Assembly (NCBI GenBank): GCA_000002435.2
Contig: CM018789.1
From: Giardia intestinalis
Lineage: Eukaryota
Reading direction: 5' to 3' (one strand)
Length of the DNA: 64,000 nt
This document shows, in pieces, positions 41,101 to 50,378 of this stretch; within the stretch, counting starts at the first letter, position 1; each line of letters starts with the position of its first letter. The position numbers and the translations under genes are program-made. The notes under the pieces are model-generated. The model saw only the letters and a program-made list of their open reading frames with translations, was not told the origin of the DNA and did not search any database.

Positions 41101-43418
41101 AGGGAGACAGCGGCTGCCATCGTCGTTCCGGATTTTTTGGTATCAGACAATCAGCCCCGTGATTAGTCCACTTTTCATAGCCTCTATCTGCATATCGATC
41201 CTGGCTTCTGGCTGCTTAGGCAGCGGATGAGGAGGCAGTACAGAGCATCAGTCACTGGTCTGCCTTTTATCCGCACATGGCCCTGAATGGCGGGTCAGAC
41301 AGTGCACAGCTTCCTCTTCTGCCCTGGATGTGATGCAACCTAGCTGAGGCATATGCCTTTCCAAGGAGTGATCGGATAGCACCTGGAGCTGCTCATGATG
41401 GGCATGCTCACCATCGCCCAGCTCTGTCCTCTCTCCAGCCATCAAGAGATACCTCCTGAGTACATACCTGCGGAGCACTGCATAGAGATAACAAGACGGC
41501 GCCACCACCCCTCGAGTCTCCTCGGCTTGTCCGGCAGCGTGCCTCTTAGAGTCCAGTGTGGGCCCGCCGGATGCATTTATGCGACTGTGGATACCTTACA
41601 GCGTCGCACTCATCTAATTCACTCTGTACCCTATTCTATCTGGGAGCAGCCCAGCCGTGCACAGGAGTCCCAGCCCCCACTCAGGATCTGGTCCAACGCT
41701 CACCTGGCTCGATGCCCTGCTGCACCTTGTTGGATGCCGCGCTGAAGCTATCGATCTGGCGATGCTCTGGGCGCACCACCCCACATCCACGCTGCTATAA
41801 AGCAGAGATCCTCAGGCTGCCCGTGGCCCGTTATAAGAGCTGTGATGCATAACCGCACACAGAGTGCCTGACTTAATATGCACCTGTCCACCGATGTGCC
41901 CTGACACTTGCTGGTGGAGATGCGTTGCTACAACCACGCAAGTGTTTACACCCCCTAGAGACTCTCACGCCATGCAACATAGAACTCTCCTGCCTGGCAC
42001 GGGCTCCATGATACTAAGGCCCTAGAAGAGCGCCCTGGGCGCCTTCAGTCCTATTTGGAGAGGAGACGTGGTGCGGGAGGGCTAGCTGCTTTCCAGCGTG
42101 ACTTAGAATAGTTGGAAGACCGCATGAAGACCTCTCACCACATGACCAGCGTGGTGTTCTGCCATCTGCCACTGATATAAGAGCCAACCCGCTGAGTCCA
42201 CATCGAGGCAGAGCACCACCCAACAGTGTAGGCGAGACTTATAACCGTGCTCATACATGTACACGCTGCTCGACCGGTTGGTGCCCATGTCCCTACGCCC
42301 TGCTCCTTCGCTGTACAATTGCTCCAATCGAGGCTACCAAAGCGTGGGTCCAGTAGCCACTATGCCCGTTGTACCGACAACGACAGCATGCCGCTTGCTG
42401 TAGGCGCCATCTACATCCAGGCATGCTCTTCACCGTTGTGCTGCTTCTGGTGCACTATGCGGCTTGTATGATGATTCATGTCCCCGGTGACCACTGGGAG
42501 TGTTGTCCCCGTGCCATCTTGATATCGAGTCCGATAATTGCCTGACAGAGCTCCCGGCTTGTGTGACCCTATATGGTAGTCTTGATTAGCACACAAATGT
42601 GTAATAGTTATGCTGCAAGACCCAGTAACAGCCGCTGGCCACTCGCATTGAGGTGAGAGACCAGACAGAAGTAGGAGTAGAATGCCCAAGAGGAACCATA
42701 TCATTAGATCTGCATCTGCAGAGAAGTTCACCTGTCACTACCACAGGGACAGGGCTCCATGTAAAGTATCAGTGAGCAATACCATAGGCAGTACCCCGAC
42801 TGTGCAGCTGCGGTGGCCGATGATCTGGAATGCTGACACATCTGCTACCGTCATGGATGGACTGGCAGGCCAGATAAGGATGCTCTAGGCTGCGATGGAA
42901 TCGCATGAGATTGTGTATGACTGGGGGTCACTTCCTTGTTATGCCTGCTATCGAAAGCCAGCTCATGAGATGGACAATCTTGGAGTGGTCAGTCCCCGTG
43001 TTCTCCCAGACATCAAGACTGTGAGGGCCTCCATGAGCTTTCATGTCCTCGTCCAGTCATGCTGGCTGTTCTCAGAAGCAGTCATAACTGTCGGGCCTGT
43101 TCGGATGCCACACCCCTGCAGGCCTCGGTGCTTTGAGCACAGCTTCCAGGCTGCATGCGTGCATTGGTGGACACCAGGTACGTCACTCGCTCCCTATTTT
43201 CTAAGCCTGTTATGACAGGGGTAGCCCTCACTAGCCTGACCCAGCCAAGCCTCCTGGCGTCCTACGCCGGGAGTTGCGGGGCCCAGACAGTTGTCTTATC
43301 TACACTATGGTTGCCATAATGACGGGTATATGATCACAGCCCTGATGGGATCATCTTCGCTGTCCTGGCGGACCTCCAACTCTTCAATGGGATAGATACG
43401 GGGCACCATCTCTCGACA
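35133..43418. repeat. Right arm (8286 bp) of the inverted repeat, reverse complement of 25135-33420
   Basis: See the left arm. All mirrored ORF translations are identical, implying about 100% nucleotide identity. Confidence 0.9.
35601..37391 (-). CDS. vsp: Variant-specific surface protein (VSP), 596 aa, right-arm copy, identical to 31162-32952
   Basis: Translation identical to the left-arm VSP. Its 3' end faces the left copy across about 2.65 kb (tail-to-tail). Confidence 0.92.
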   Translation of the reverse strand: MLLIAFYLILSTFAVDCKNSGNSCEAGQCDTIGDTEICMQCNQGKVPINGICTAHSEEAVTNAGCKKNGGTNIEESDKVCGQCGNGYFLHKGGCYKIGEAPGNLICADEASNPGARTAGVCGACKDGYYKNSDAVATADSCIACEDANCATCGGAGENKCTKCIDGYFVGATGNEGGCIKCDATTGPNSYKGVAGCAKCEKPKNAGPAKCIECAADYLKTEADEQTSCVSEAVCREGKTHFPTTDSAGGNKKVCVSCGTTNNGGIENCGECTSKESAARAGTEITCTKCSSNNLSPLGDACLTDCPAGTYAVSGDSGSVCKPCHNTCAGCQTDDRETSCTACYPGYSLLYESNGATGRCVKECTGAFITNCADGQCTANVGGAKYCTQCKDGYAPIDGICTAVAAAGRDVSVCTATGGKCTACTGNYALLSGGCYNTQTLPGKSVCKAVANSNDGKCKTCANGQAPDPATNFCPLCDSTCAECSTKNDADACTKCFPGYYKTGNKCIKCTESSNNGKKIDGIPDCLSCEAPINTGPVICYVKTDGTSDDNSGNGGDSTNKSGLSTGAIAGISVAAFVVVAGLVGFLCWWFICRGKA

Positions 43419-43777
43419 CTTTCAGCGAGGGTGACAGGCGCAGTGCTCTCGATACCAACAAGTAATGATGTTGGAGCGCAATGGACTGTCACAGAGTTAT
43501 AAAATTTCCTTCTTCCTTCCTACGTTAAAGCTGATCAATGTTCGAACTCTCTCGGATTAAATCCAGAAGTTGGCAGGACACCGCGTCCCGGTGAGGCTCG
43601 GAAGCTCAAGATCAGCATGTGATCACTAGCCGTTGAGAATAATGCACAGCACTCAGCAGCTCTCTCTCAGGGTCTGCTGGAGGCTGAATGAGCACAGGCA
43701 GGCAAAGCTCTTATGACGAGCCATCGATTTAAAAGGATATTAAAAAATTACGAATAACCCCTTTAAATTCAAAACCA

Positions 43778-45364
43778 ATGGGCCAGTCGCCGTCCAAGCT
43801 TGCACCCCCGCCTTTCCTCGCGTTGCCAGTGCCTGGTGTAAGGTTCACAGGCCCCAATGGTACGACGTGCACGTGGGCAGACCTGTACGCCCACTGTTCT
43901 ATCAGGGCCCAGAAAGCCGTCCTTGACGCGTTCAACATGAAGTACAGGGAGAAGGTCGTCCACTGGCACGGGACGTTGCTGAATGCAGATCCTAGCACTA
44001 ATTCCGTCCTTTTCAAGATGAGCCCCTCTATCAACCAGGGGGCCGTTCCCGACCTGGCTCTTCACTTTCCTCAGTCGTTTACGGTGACGCAGCTTCAGCC
44101 TCTGATAAAAATGAATGAAATGAAGACGATCGACTTCGTGGGGAAGCTGAGAGGGATGAACGGGCCCGTAATTGCCGCTGACTACGTTTCTGTGGGCGGA
44201 GGCTACGTTGAAAAACCCGAGCACAATCTTCCAAAGACCGTTGCTGATGCGCTGCATGCGATTCCGGAGGCCTTCCCCTCTCTGGCTGCTCTGGAGTCTC
44301 AATTGACGGTGGAGTATCCTATGGTTGCGATGGAGTGCTCCATGCAAGCACGCGGGCTTCCTGAAGCTATCTTCATGAGGCACATCACTAAGGTTGCCGG
44401 CGCCTTATCCTGTCAGGTTATAGAGGTGTCTCCTCAGAACGCCAAGGTCAAGTGCAACCCCCGCATAGATGAGAAGGCGCCGTTCGATGTTCTAGTTACT
44501 TTCCAGCCAGCCATGGCTGCGAAGCTCCCAGAGGTCAAGCAAGGGGCGCTCTGCACTTTCCGGGGCAAGTACACCTCGATATCAACAGCACGCGAGCCGC
44601 AGAAGGTCTTTGGATTTGCCGCCGACGACGTTGTTCTCAATAAGGATCCTGCGGCAAGCTTAGCATCCCTGCCCACTAAGGGGGGCGATGTGTTCTACCA
44701 GGGTCAGGACGAAGTTGTGATGAAGAATCTCCGTGCTCAGGTTGAGTCTGATAGGCAGCTTCATAAGTCCATGAGGGGTGGTGCCCACGCACAGACACCA
44801 GCCTCTGCTCCCACTCCAGCGCCGCCGGCTCCATCAGAGCCCGCATCCTCATCTGCAGGGCACAAGCCAGCTGATGATAAACCCGTGGAGGAGCCACCAG
44901 CTGAAGCCTCAAAGCCAGCCGAGCCAACGCCGAAGGTCGAGGAGGTCAAGCCGCCAGTCATCGAGGAGACAGTGTCAGACGTTGCTGGGAAGGATCCTCT
45001 GGAGGTTGCTCTTACCCTCATGCAGTCTGCGCCAGAAGCGTCCTACACTGTCAAGAAGAGCATCCTCGATGCAGATGAACAGGAGGACGACCCAGTGGCC
45101 CGCATGGCCAGGCTGAAGATGGGCGGCTTCAACGCCAGCGCGTTTACTTCCTCCGCCGACAAGTACATGGGCGAGCTGGACATGCTAGCCGGCGTAAAGC
45201 CAACGCAGCAGAGTGACTATGACGTGTATGACGTGGCTAATGACTACAATAATACAAACAACTATGATAGCTACAACAGTGGCTACGATAACTATAACAG
45301 CGGCTATGACAACTATAGCAGCGGTGGCTACAACAGCTATGGCGGCGGCTATAGCAGCTGGTAG
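43778..45364 (+). CDS. Hypothetical protein with an N-myristoylation consensus (MGQSPSK) and a Tyr/Asn/Ser/Gly-rich prion-like C-terminal tail
   Basis: ATG at 43778 preceded by aaattcaaaaccaATG. Gly2 plus Ser6 fits the NMT substrate consensus MGxxxS. The central region is PAPTPAPPAPSEPASS / PAEASKPAEPTPKVEEVKPP. The C-terminus is DYDVYDVANDYNNTNNYDSYNSGYDNYNSGYDNYSSGGYNSYGGGYSSW. Confidence 0.6.
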   Translation: MGQSPSKLAPPPFLALPVPGVRFTGPNGTTCTWADLYAHCSIRAQKAVLDAFNMKYREKVVHWHGTLLNADPSTNSVLFKMSPSINQGAVPDLALHFPQSFTVTQLQPLIKMNEMKTIDFVGKLRGMNGPVIAADYVSVGGGYVEKPEHNLPKTVADALHAIPEAFPSLAALESQLTVEYPMVAMECSMQARGLPEAIFMRHITKVAGALSCQVIEVSPQNAKVKCNPRIDEKAPFDVLVTFQPAMAAKLPEVKQGALCTFRGKYTSISTAREPQKVFGFAADDVVLNKDPAASLASLPTKGGDVFYQGQDEVVMKNLRAQVESDRQLHKSMRGGAHAQTPASAPTPAPPAPSEPASSSAGHKPADDKPVEEPPAEASKPAEPTPKVEEVKPPVIEETVSDVAGKDPLEVALTLMQSAPEASYTVKKSILDADEQEDDPVARMARLKMGGFNASAFTSSADKYMGELDMLAGVKPTQQSDYDVYDVANDYNNTNNYDSYNSGYDNYNSGYDNYSSGGYNSYGGGYSSW

Positions 45365-45393
45365 GTTCTGAAGTAAAACTTTAAATTTGACCG

Positions 45394-45726
45394 ATGCCTC
45401 CGATTAATAGGCTAGATAGGAACCCGTGGCAGGATCCGAAGTCCATCCGCGACAGGGTTGACGCCGAAGGCATACAGAGGTGGCACGAAAATAATCTGAA
45501 GGAGATCCGCAAGGTGCAGCACCGCGCAGACTTTGACTCTAAGGACAAGCTTGGAAGTGAGGTTCTTGCTGCGCGCAAGGAGCTAGACCAAATAAGACAA
45601 GCAGTTAAGCAAGCAAACGTAGTGTGCAGACGCGAGAAACTCCTGAAGCTGTACAGTCTCGATTTTGAACGCCAACGCCAGGAGCTACAGCGCCTTGGCT
45701 ACGACATAAAGGTGGTGGCTCCGTAA
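45394..45726 (+). CDS. Small conserved-looking basic/helical protein (110 aa), function unknown
   Basis: ATG at 45394 preceded by aagtaaaactttaaatttgaccgATG. Sequence MPPINRLDRNPWQDPKSIRDRVDAEGIQRWHENNLKEIRK... Confidence 0.45.
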   Translation: MPPINRLDRNPWQDPKSIRDRVDAEGIQRWHENNLKEIRKVQHRADFDSKDKLGSEVLAARKELDQIRQAVKQANVVCRREKLLKLYSLDFERQRQELQRLGYDIKVVAP

Positions 45727-45727
45727 G

Positions 45728-46999
45728 TCATGCTCTTTGTGGTGGTTTTTCTCTGCCGTGTCCTGGCTGAGCCATGTGGTCAATGAGCAGATTCTCTACC
45801 CTGTGCAGTCGCATCTCCAAAGGACTCAAGAACGCAAAAGTTGCATTCCTCTGACTGTCCACAACGAGCTCATCGTATGACTTTTGGCGAAACACTTCGT
45901 ACTCCTTGTAAACATTGGTGCCAACGAGAAGGCTCTTGCAGTTATTGATTTGGAATAGCAGATCCTCCTCAAGGTCCTGCACTGAATCTGCAAGCTGGGC
46001 CACTGCTGCCCGCATCTCCTCGCAGGAATGCAAGGTTGCCTCCTCGCAATCTCCCATCTCATCACGCAAAGAGCGGGCTTCGGTTTCTAGAAAGAGCTTC
46101 ATGCTGTCGTACTTCACGCAGAGCTGCTTATAGCTATTTCCTAGGCTCTTGTCTTCGCTGTCCTGCTGGATCATGATAGTCTCGAGTGTCTTCATGCCGA
46201 GCTCCAATGCCTCCAAGACGGGATATTTGTCCTCCGCAGCAACCACTCTCTCAGTTAGTGCTTCTATCTGACTAGCAAGAGCGGGAATGCGTGCCCTTTC
46301 GGCGTCCATTTTCTGAGATACCTCTAGAAAGTCTGCCTCACACTTTCGTATGATGCTTGTCTGAGAGGTGAGATCCAGCTTGAACGCCTCTGTCAGTTCA
46401 GAGAACGCTGCGGTGGACTGAACGTACTCTTTGTAAAGCGTGTCGAATTGGGTGGCGAATCCGTCAGAACGAGTGAACAAGTCGGCGAGAAGGTCTGCAT
46501 AGCGCTTTTCTAGGGATGCGATCCTATCGGCTGCTGCACCTGAAATGTCTCCGACACAAGCACTGTCAATCTGCCGTTGAATCTCAGCAAACTTGGGCCC
46601 AATGCTTTCAAGGATGGAGTTGTTCATGAGCTCTATCTGCTGCTCGACTCCTGCCTTAATCTGTTTCATTTGCTCCTCTATCTGACGCTGTCGCTCCTGC
46701 AGAGAAGCCAGCTTAAACTCCATGTCTGTTTCTAAGGTCTTCACTCGGCGATCAATCTGCTCCTTGAACGAGGCTAGATCCTCCCTTCCCGAGCTCAGAA
46801 AGCGGTCTGTGTTCTGCACTATCTGCTGAGCGTCTCGAATCGTTTGATAATTTGTCTTAAGGTAGTTCTGTTCGGATGTAAACCAGGAAGACAGCTCGGT
46901 GAAGTTCTGCATGGTAACCCGCGCAAACTCCGTGATTACCGGCGGAAACATCGCCCACTGGTCATCCACAAAATGCTGGAGGGCAAGCTTCGTGAGCAT
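45728..46999 (-). CDS. Coiled-coil protein (423 aa), possibly cytoskeletal (striated-fibre/giardin-like). No firm family call.
   Basis: ATG at 46999 with AT-rich upstream. Continuous heptad-rich sequence (..LETDMEFKLASLQERQRQIEEQMKQIKAGVEQQIELMNNSILESIGPKFAEIQRQID..). Confidence 0.55.
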   Translation of the reverse strand: MLTKLALQHFVDDQWAMFPPVITEFARVTMQNFTELSSWFTSEQNYLKTNYQTIRDAQQIVQNTDRFLSSGREDLASFKEQIDRRVKTLETDMEFKLASLQERQRQIEEQMKQIKAGVEQQIELMNNSILESIGPKFAEIQRQIDSACVGDISGAAADRIASLEKRYADLLADLFTRSDGFATQFDTLYKEYVQSTAAFSELTEAFKLDLTSQTSIIRKCEADFLEVSQKMDAERARIPALASQIEALTERVVAAEDKYPVLEALELGMKTLETIMIQQDSEDKSLGNSYKQLCVKYDSMKLFLETEARSLRDEMGDCEEATLHSCEEMRAAVAQLADSVQDLEEDLLFQINNCKSLLVGTNVYKEYEVFRQKSYDELVVDSQRNATFAFLSPLEMRLHRVENLLIDHMAQPGHGREKPPQRA

Positions 47000-47031
47000 C
47001 TTTGAAAGGCTCGGTAGTAAGCTTTGAAAAT

Positions 47032-47652
47032 TTACTTGTCGCCTATTTTATCACCAAGGAAGCCGGCCTTCACAACCATTGGATAGGAGACAATAGGATT
47101 ATCTCCTTCGAACTGCACGAGTGTCTTGACCCAGCCCGTGCATGCCTCAAGCACGTCTATCTCTACACGAGGATCAAACCTGCTTAGGACCTCAAAAATC
47201 TGCATAAGAAGGGTAGCCCGAATCTCACCGTTATGTGTAGGACTTGTGACAGCCATCACAGACTCTACTACCTTGCCCATTGAGCTGTATGCTAGGCTCA
47301 GTAAAAGAATAGTATACGTCAGCGCATCGGGTTCTAGATGTGCCATTTGAAGCATAGAGTTGATCGAATGATGAACGGGCTGAGGGATTAGGTATTTTTC
47401 AACAGCTGCTTCGAGATTGACGTTATCCGAAAGGTCTCGATACATCCCCGATACGAGTTTTAGGTCGGGGCTGAAGGACTCGTGGGAAACGCTGTTCGGT
47501 CGCAAGGCGCTCAGTTGCTTGAAGTATTTGATAGAAAACTCTATTAAATCGCTCGGCTGCTCACGCAACACCACTTTTGAGTATTCCTTAATGATCTGCG
47601 GCAGTTGGTTCGGTATGGTTATCTGTTCGGAGCAGTATATACGTTCTTGCAT
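47032..47652 (-). CDS. RIIa (PKA regulatory-subunit dimerisation/docking) domain protein, ropporin/RSP11-like, probably axonemal
   Basis: N-terminus ..IPNQLPQIIKEYSKVVLREQPSDLIEFSIKYFKQL matches the RIIa four-helix motif (L..LL..y...vl...P.dl..Fa..yF..L). ATG at 47652 with AT-rich upstream (gggaaaaaatttaaacgttgaATG). Confidence 0.65.
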   Translation of the reverse strand: MQERIYCSEQITIPNQLPQIIKEYSKVVLREQPSDLIEFSIKYFKQLSALRPNSVSHESFSPDLKLVSGMYRDLSDNVNLEAAVEKYLIPQPVHHSINSMLQMAHLEPDALTYTILLLSLAYSSMGKVVESVMAVTSPTHNGEIRATLLMQIFEVLSRFDPRVEIDVLEACTGWVKTLVQFEGDNPIVSYPMVVKAGFLGDKIGDK

Positions 47653-47808
47653 TCAACGTTTAAATTTTTTCCCTTCGCGCACTGTGCAAGCTCTTAAAGT
47701 GCATGAACGAAGATTTTGGCGTACGGCTGTGCACTGTTTTGTTAGCTATAGCCGGTAACTAGCAGATAATACATTCAATGAACTCGAGAGATTTGGACGG
47801 ATTTAAAA

Positions 47809-50343
47809 ATGCCATTTGGGCTTGACCAACTATGTGACACACAAGCCCAACCTCGGAGTCGGGTTTTACCTCTTGGCACCGGCAGCACTAGAAGCGAGGA
47901 TCCGTCCAGCTACAGGGCGCTTAGAGTGCGCAACTCTCCGTTTTTGACTAACGTGCCTCTAGTGTCAAAGGCCACTCCACAATTTGCGCACAAATCTATA
48001 GTTCACGGGGATGTGCTTGGTAGTCACGTGGCAAGTGCTATATTGTGCCATGTCCCTTCAGCAGAGGGGAGATCCAAGCAATCAGCTCTACCGCCACATG
48101 AAAACTCTTTAATAAACCAGGTACTGCCCAGGATCAGCGACACTCTACACGAAATGGCTCGCAACGCTACTCCAGATTTCTCGCAATACTCCGTACTCAA
48201 AGGCTCGGAGGACGTCGATGATAGTCCCCTGGCGTCAGTCGATCTCGACAAGTATACCAAGAATCCCCATTCAGTGCCTCACTCCCGGGTCCTTAGGCGT
48301 GCATGTCCCCCTGGCAGTGCCATACCAGGCCCGAAAAGTCACCGGAAGAGCTCTGATAGCGCCAGTGCACACCCTAAGGCCTCAGTGCACGATCCCCCTG
48401 GTCCCGTCGACCGGCAGTTCAAGTCAGCTAACGCATTCTTAGAAACAGGGAGGGCTTCGGAGCACTTCAGTATTACCGATGAGGATCTAGACGATACCGA
48501 AATCTACCAGGATATTGCTAGTTCTTTGCCAAACTCTCGCGGAAGTAATGCTTCGCGGGCAAAACCTGTTCTAAGTGTGGAGGCGAGCCCAATACATAAA
48601 CGGCCGATGCGTAAGCTCTGCCTCAACCACTTCCCCCAGCTTGTGTTGCACAATGACTCTCGTGGGAGAGCACCTTCAGTGGAGGATGCTTCTAATACGT
48701 CTGTTTCACCTGCAGGAAGTCTTGCAGATTCTAATGGTAAGGCTTCGCCTAAGGTTGAAACCCCTGTCTGCCAACTCATTCAGCTCCCTCCTATTACTGT
48801 CTTTGAGGATACTTGTGACGAGTACCAAGGTACAGCATCCAAACAAAGCCATACATCCAGTGGCAAACTGTCTTCTTGCTCACCAGCAGGTCAACTTAAC
48901 AGCCCTCGGCTACGCCTCAGCACTGGCCAAACTATAGGCGATATAAGCATAGATAACTCCATACAGTTTCCTCTATTAGAAAATGGTCGGTTATCTGGTG
49001 ATCGTTGCTCCTCCATAGACATGGATCTACCTATTCATCTGGGGACAACTCTGCTCACAATCAACGAGTCTGACAACGCAGAATTTGCTCAGCAGGTAGC
49101 TGACACCGCCACAACGAATCCCGCGTTAACGGCTGCATACAGTTCATCTTGCTCTGTCCCGCATATCTCTTCTATTACAGGCGCTCTAAATGATAGCATA
49201 ACTGAGCCGCCTCTTATGAATAGTGCAGAGCATACTCACACAAGGCTGGCAGAGCAGCGGCAGTATTCTATTGAACGTTTTCCCGTGATAGACTCCACCC
49301 AGCTGTCTGGAGCATCTTTTGCGCATAACTCTATTGCAAACGATGATCCAGACACAGGGACATTTACTTCTTCGAAGCAGTCCGTTATTCATTTGTTGAA
49401 AGGAAGCACCCGACAACTAAGTGACTATAGAGCCCTCATAGACCCAGATCAATCCACCTCACTTCTCACAGATAATATTGACGAGTGCATGGACTCATAC
49501 GTATTTATTGGGAAGCTCGGGGATGAAGATGGATCCGCAGACACTAAGTCGTGCACCTTAACTCCCCGGTATCTAAATATTACGTCGTATTGTGTTGGAG
49601 AAGACACGTCTTCTACAGCCATAGTTGACACAAACACGGCTCTTTCTCATCCTCGGCCAAGCAGTGAAGAAATCCTTAGCGGGCTATCCTCTGATGATTG
49701 GCAACGGCAGATAGATGCCATTACAAAATGTATTAGTTTTTTCTCTGCTCTGTCTACTACAACGGATAACATAGAAATCCAGACAATCATTGCATCGTAC
49801 GTTACGGTATTGTCTTCCCCACGGTCTAAGGTAATCAAGCACGCTATCGAAACTTTGGTTCCGATCTTTCTTACCAAGCACCCTGCCTTGCTGCACTACG
49901 CAGATAGGATATTCACCCCCTTGCTTCTTCGTGTTGGGTCCGCGTCCCAGGCCGACTTCATCTCCACAGCTGGAGACCGGGCGCTACACGTCATCGTATC
50001 GCTCACGCAGCCCCTCAAACTCGTGCCACATCTGCAGAAGGAGTCTAGACACAAGTCTCCAGGCGTGCGGCTTCGAGTCGCACAACTATTTACAATCATC
50101 TTCAAGGAATTTGCAGAGGATTCTCAGGTAGTTTCCCATTTCCGCAGCTCCACAGAGATATATGTTGAAACGCTATTAAGGTTGATAGGAGATAGCTCTG
50201 AATCGGCTAGGAAATATGCTCGAGAGGCCTTTGCAATGCTCTTGAGTATAACAAGGATACCAGGAGAGTCTGTTGCCGACTTTTTAACCCGTTGTAGGCT
50301 CTGCACAGTTGATAATCTTTCCAGGGTGAAGTTTGTCGAGTGA
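47809..50343 (+). CDS. Large hypothetical protein (844 aa). The N-terminal two-thirds are Ser-rich and disordered. The C-terminal ~240 aa look like a HEAT-repeat/TOG-like helical domain.
   Basis: ATG at 47809 (tttaaaaATG). The C-terminus (..KHAIETLVPIFLTKHPALL...DRALHVIVSLTQPL...SPGVRLRVAQLFTIIFKEF...ARKYAREAFAMLL..) has the periodicity of HEAT repeats. The TOG assignment is speculative. Confidence 0.55.
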   Translation: MPFGLDQLCDTQAQPRSRVLPLGTGSTRSEDPSSYRALRVRNSPFLTNVPLVSKATPQFAHKSIVHGDVLGSHVASAILCHVPSAEGRSKQSALPPHENSLINQVLPRISDTLHEMARNATPDFSQYSVLKGSEDVDDSPLASVDLDKYTKNPHSVPHSRVLRRACPPGSAIPGPKSHRKSSDSASAHPKASVHDPPGPVDRQFKSANAFLETGRASEHFSITDEDLDDTEIYQDIASSLPNSRGSNASRAKPVLSVEASPIHKRPMRKLCLNHFPQLVLHNDSRGRAPSVEDASNTSVSPAGSLADSNGKASPKVETPVCQLIQLPPITVFEDTCDEYQGTASKQSHTSSGKLSSCSPAGQLNSPRLRLSTGQTIGDISIDNSIQFPLLENGRLSGDRCSSIDMDLPIHLGTTLLTINESDNAEFAQQVADTATTNPALTAAYSSSCSVPHISSITGALNDSITEPPLMNSAEHTHTRLAEQRQYSIERFPVIDSTQLSGASFAHNSIANDDPDTGTFTSSKQSVIHLLKGSTRQLSDYRALIDPDQSTSLLTDNIDECMDSYVFIGKLGDEDGSADTKSCTLTPRYLNITSYCVGEDTSSTAIVDTNTALSHPRPSSEEILSGLSSDDWQRQIDAITKCISFFSALSTTTDNIEIQTIIASYVTVLSSPRSKVIKHAIETLVPIFLTKHPALLHYADRIFTPLLLRVGSASQADFISTAGDRALHVIVSLTQPLKLVPHLQKESRHKSPGVRLRVAQLFTIIFKEFAEDSQVVSHFRSSTEIYVETLLRLIGDSSESARKYAREAFAMLLSITRIPGESVADFLTRCRLCTVDNLSRVKFVE

Positions 50344-50378
50344 CTTCTCTTTGAAAATAGATTCTAGTTAGTAAATTA

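Noticed and set aside
25135-43418. Possibility that the perfect inverted duplication is a long-read fold-back (missed-adapter) assembly artefact rather than biology
   Set aside because: Not dismissed, but I judged it less likely. Fold-back chimeras produce palindromes with no unique asymmetric spacer and sharp ends. Here there is a 1.7-kb non-self-complementary core and graded decay of similarity at both inner and outer boundaries, as expected of a real, older palindrome. This still needs read-level confirmation (see findings).
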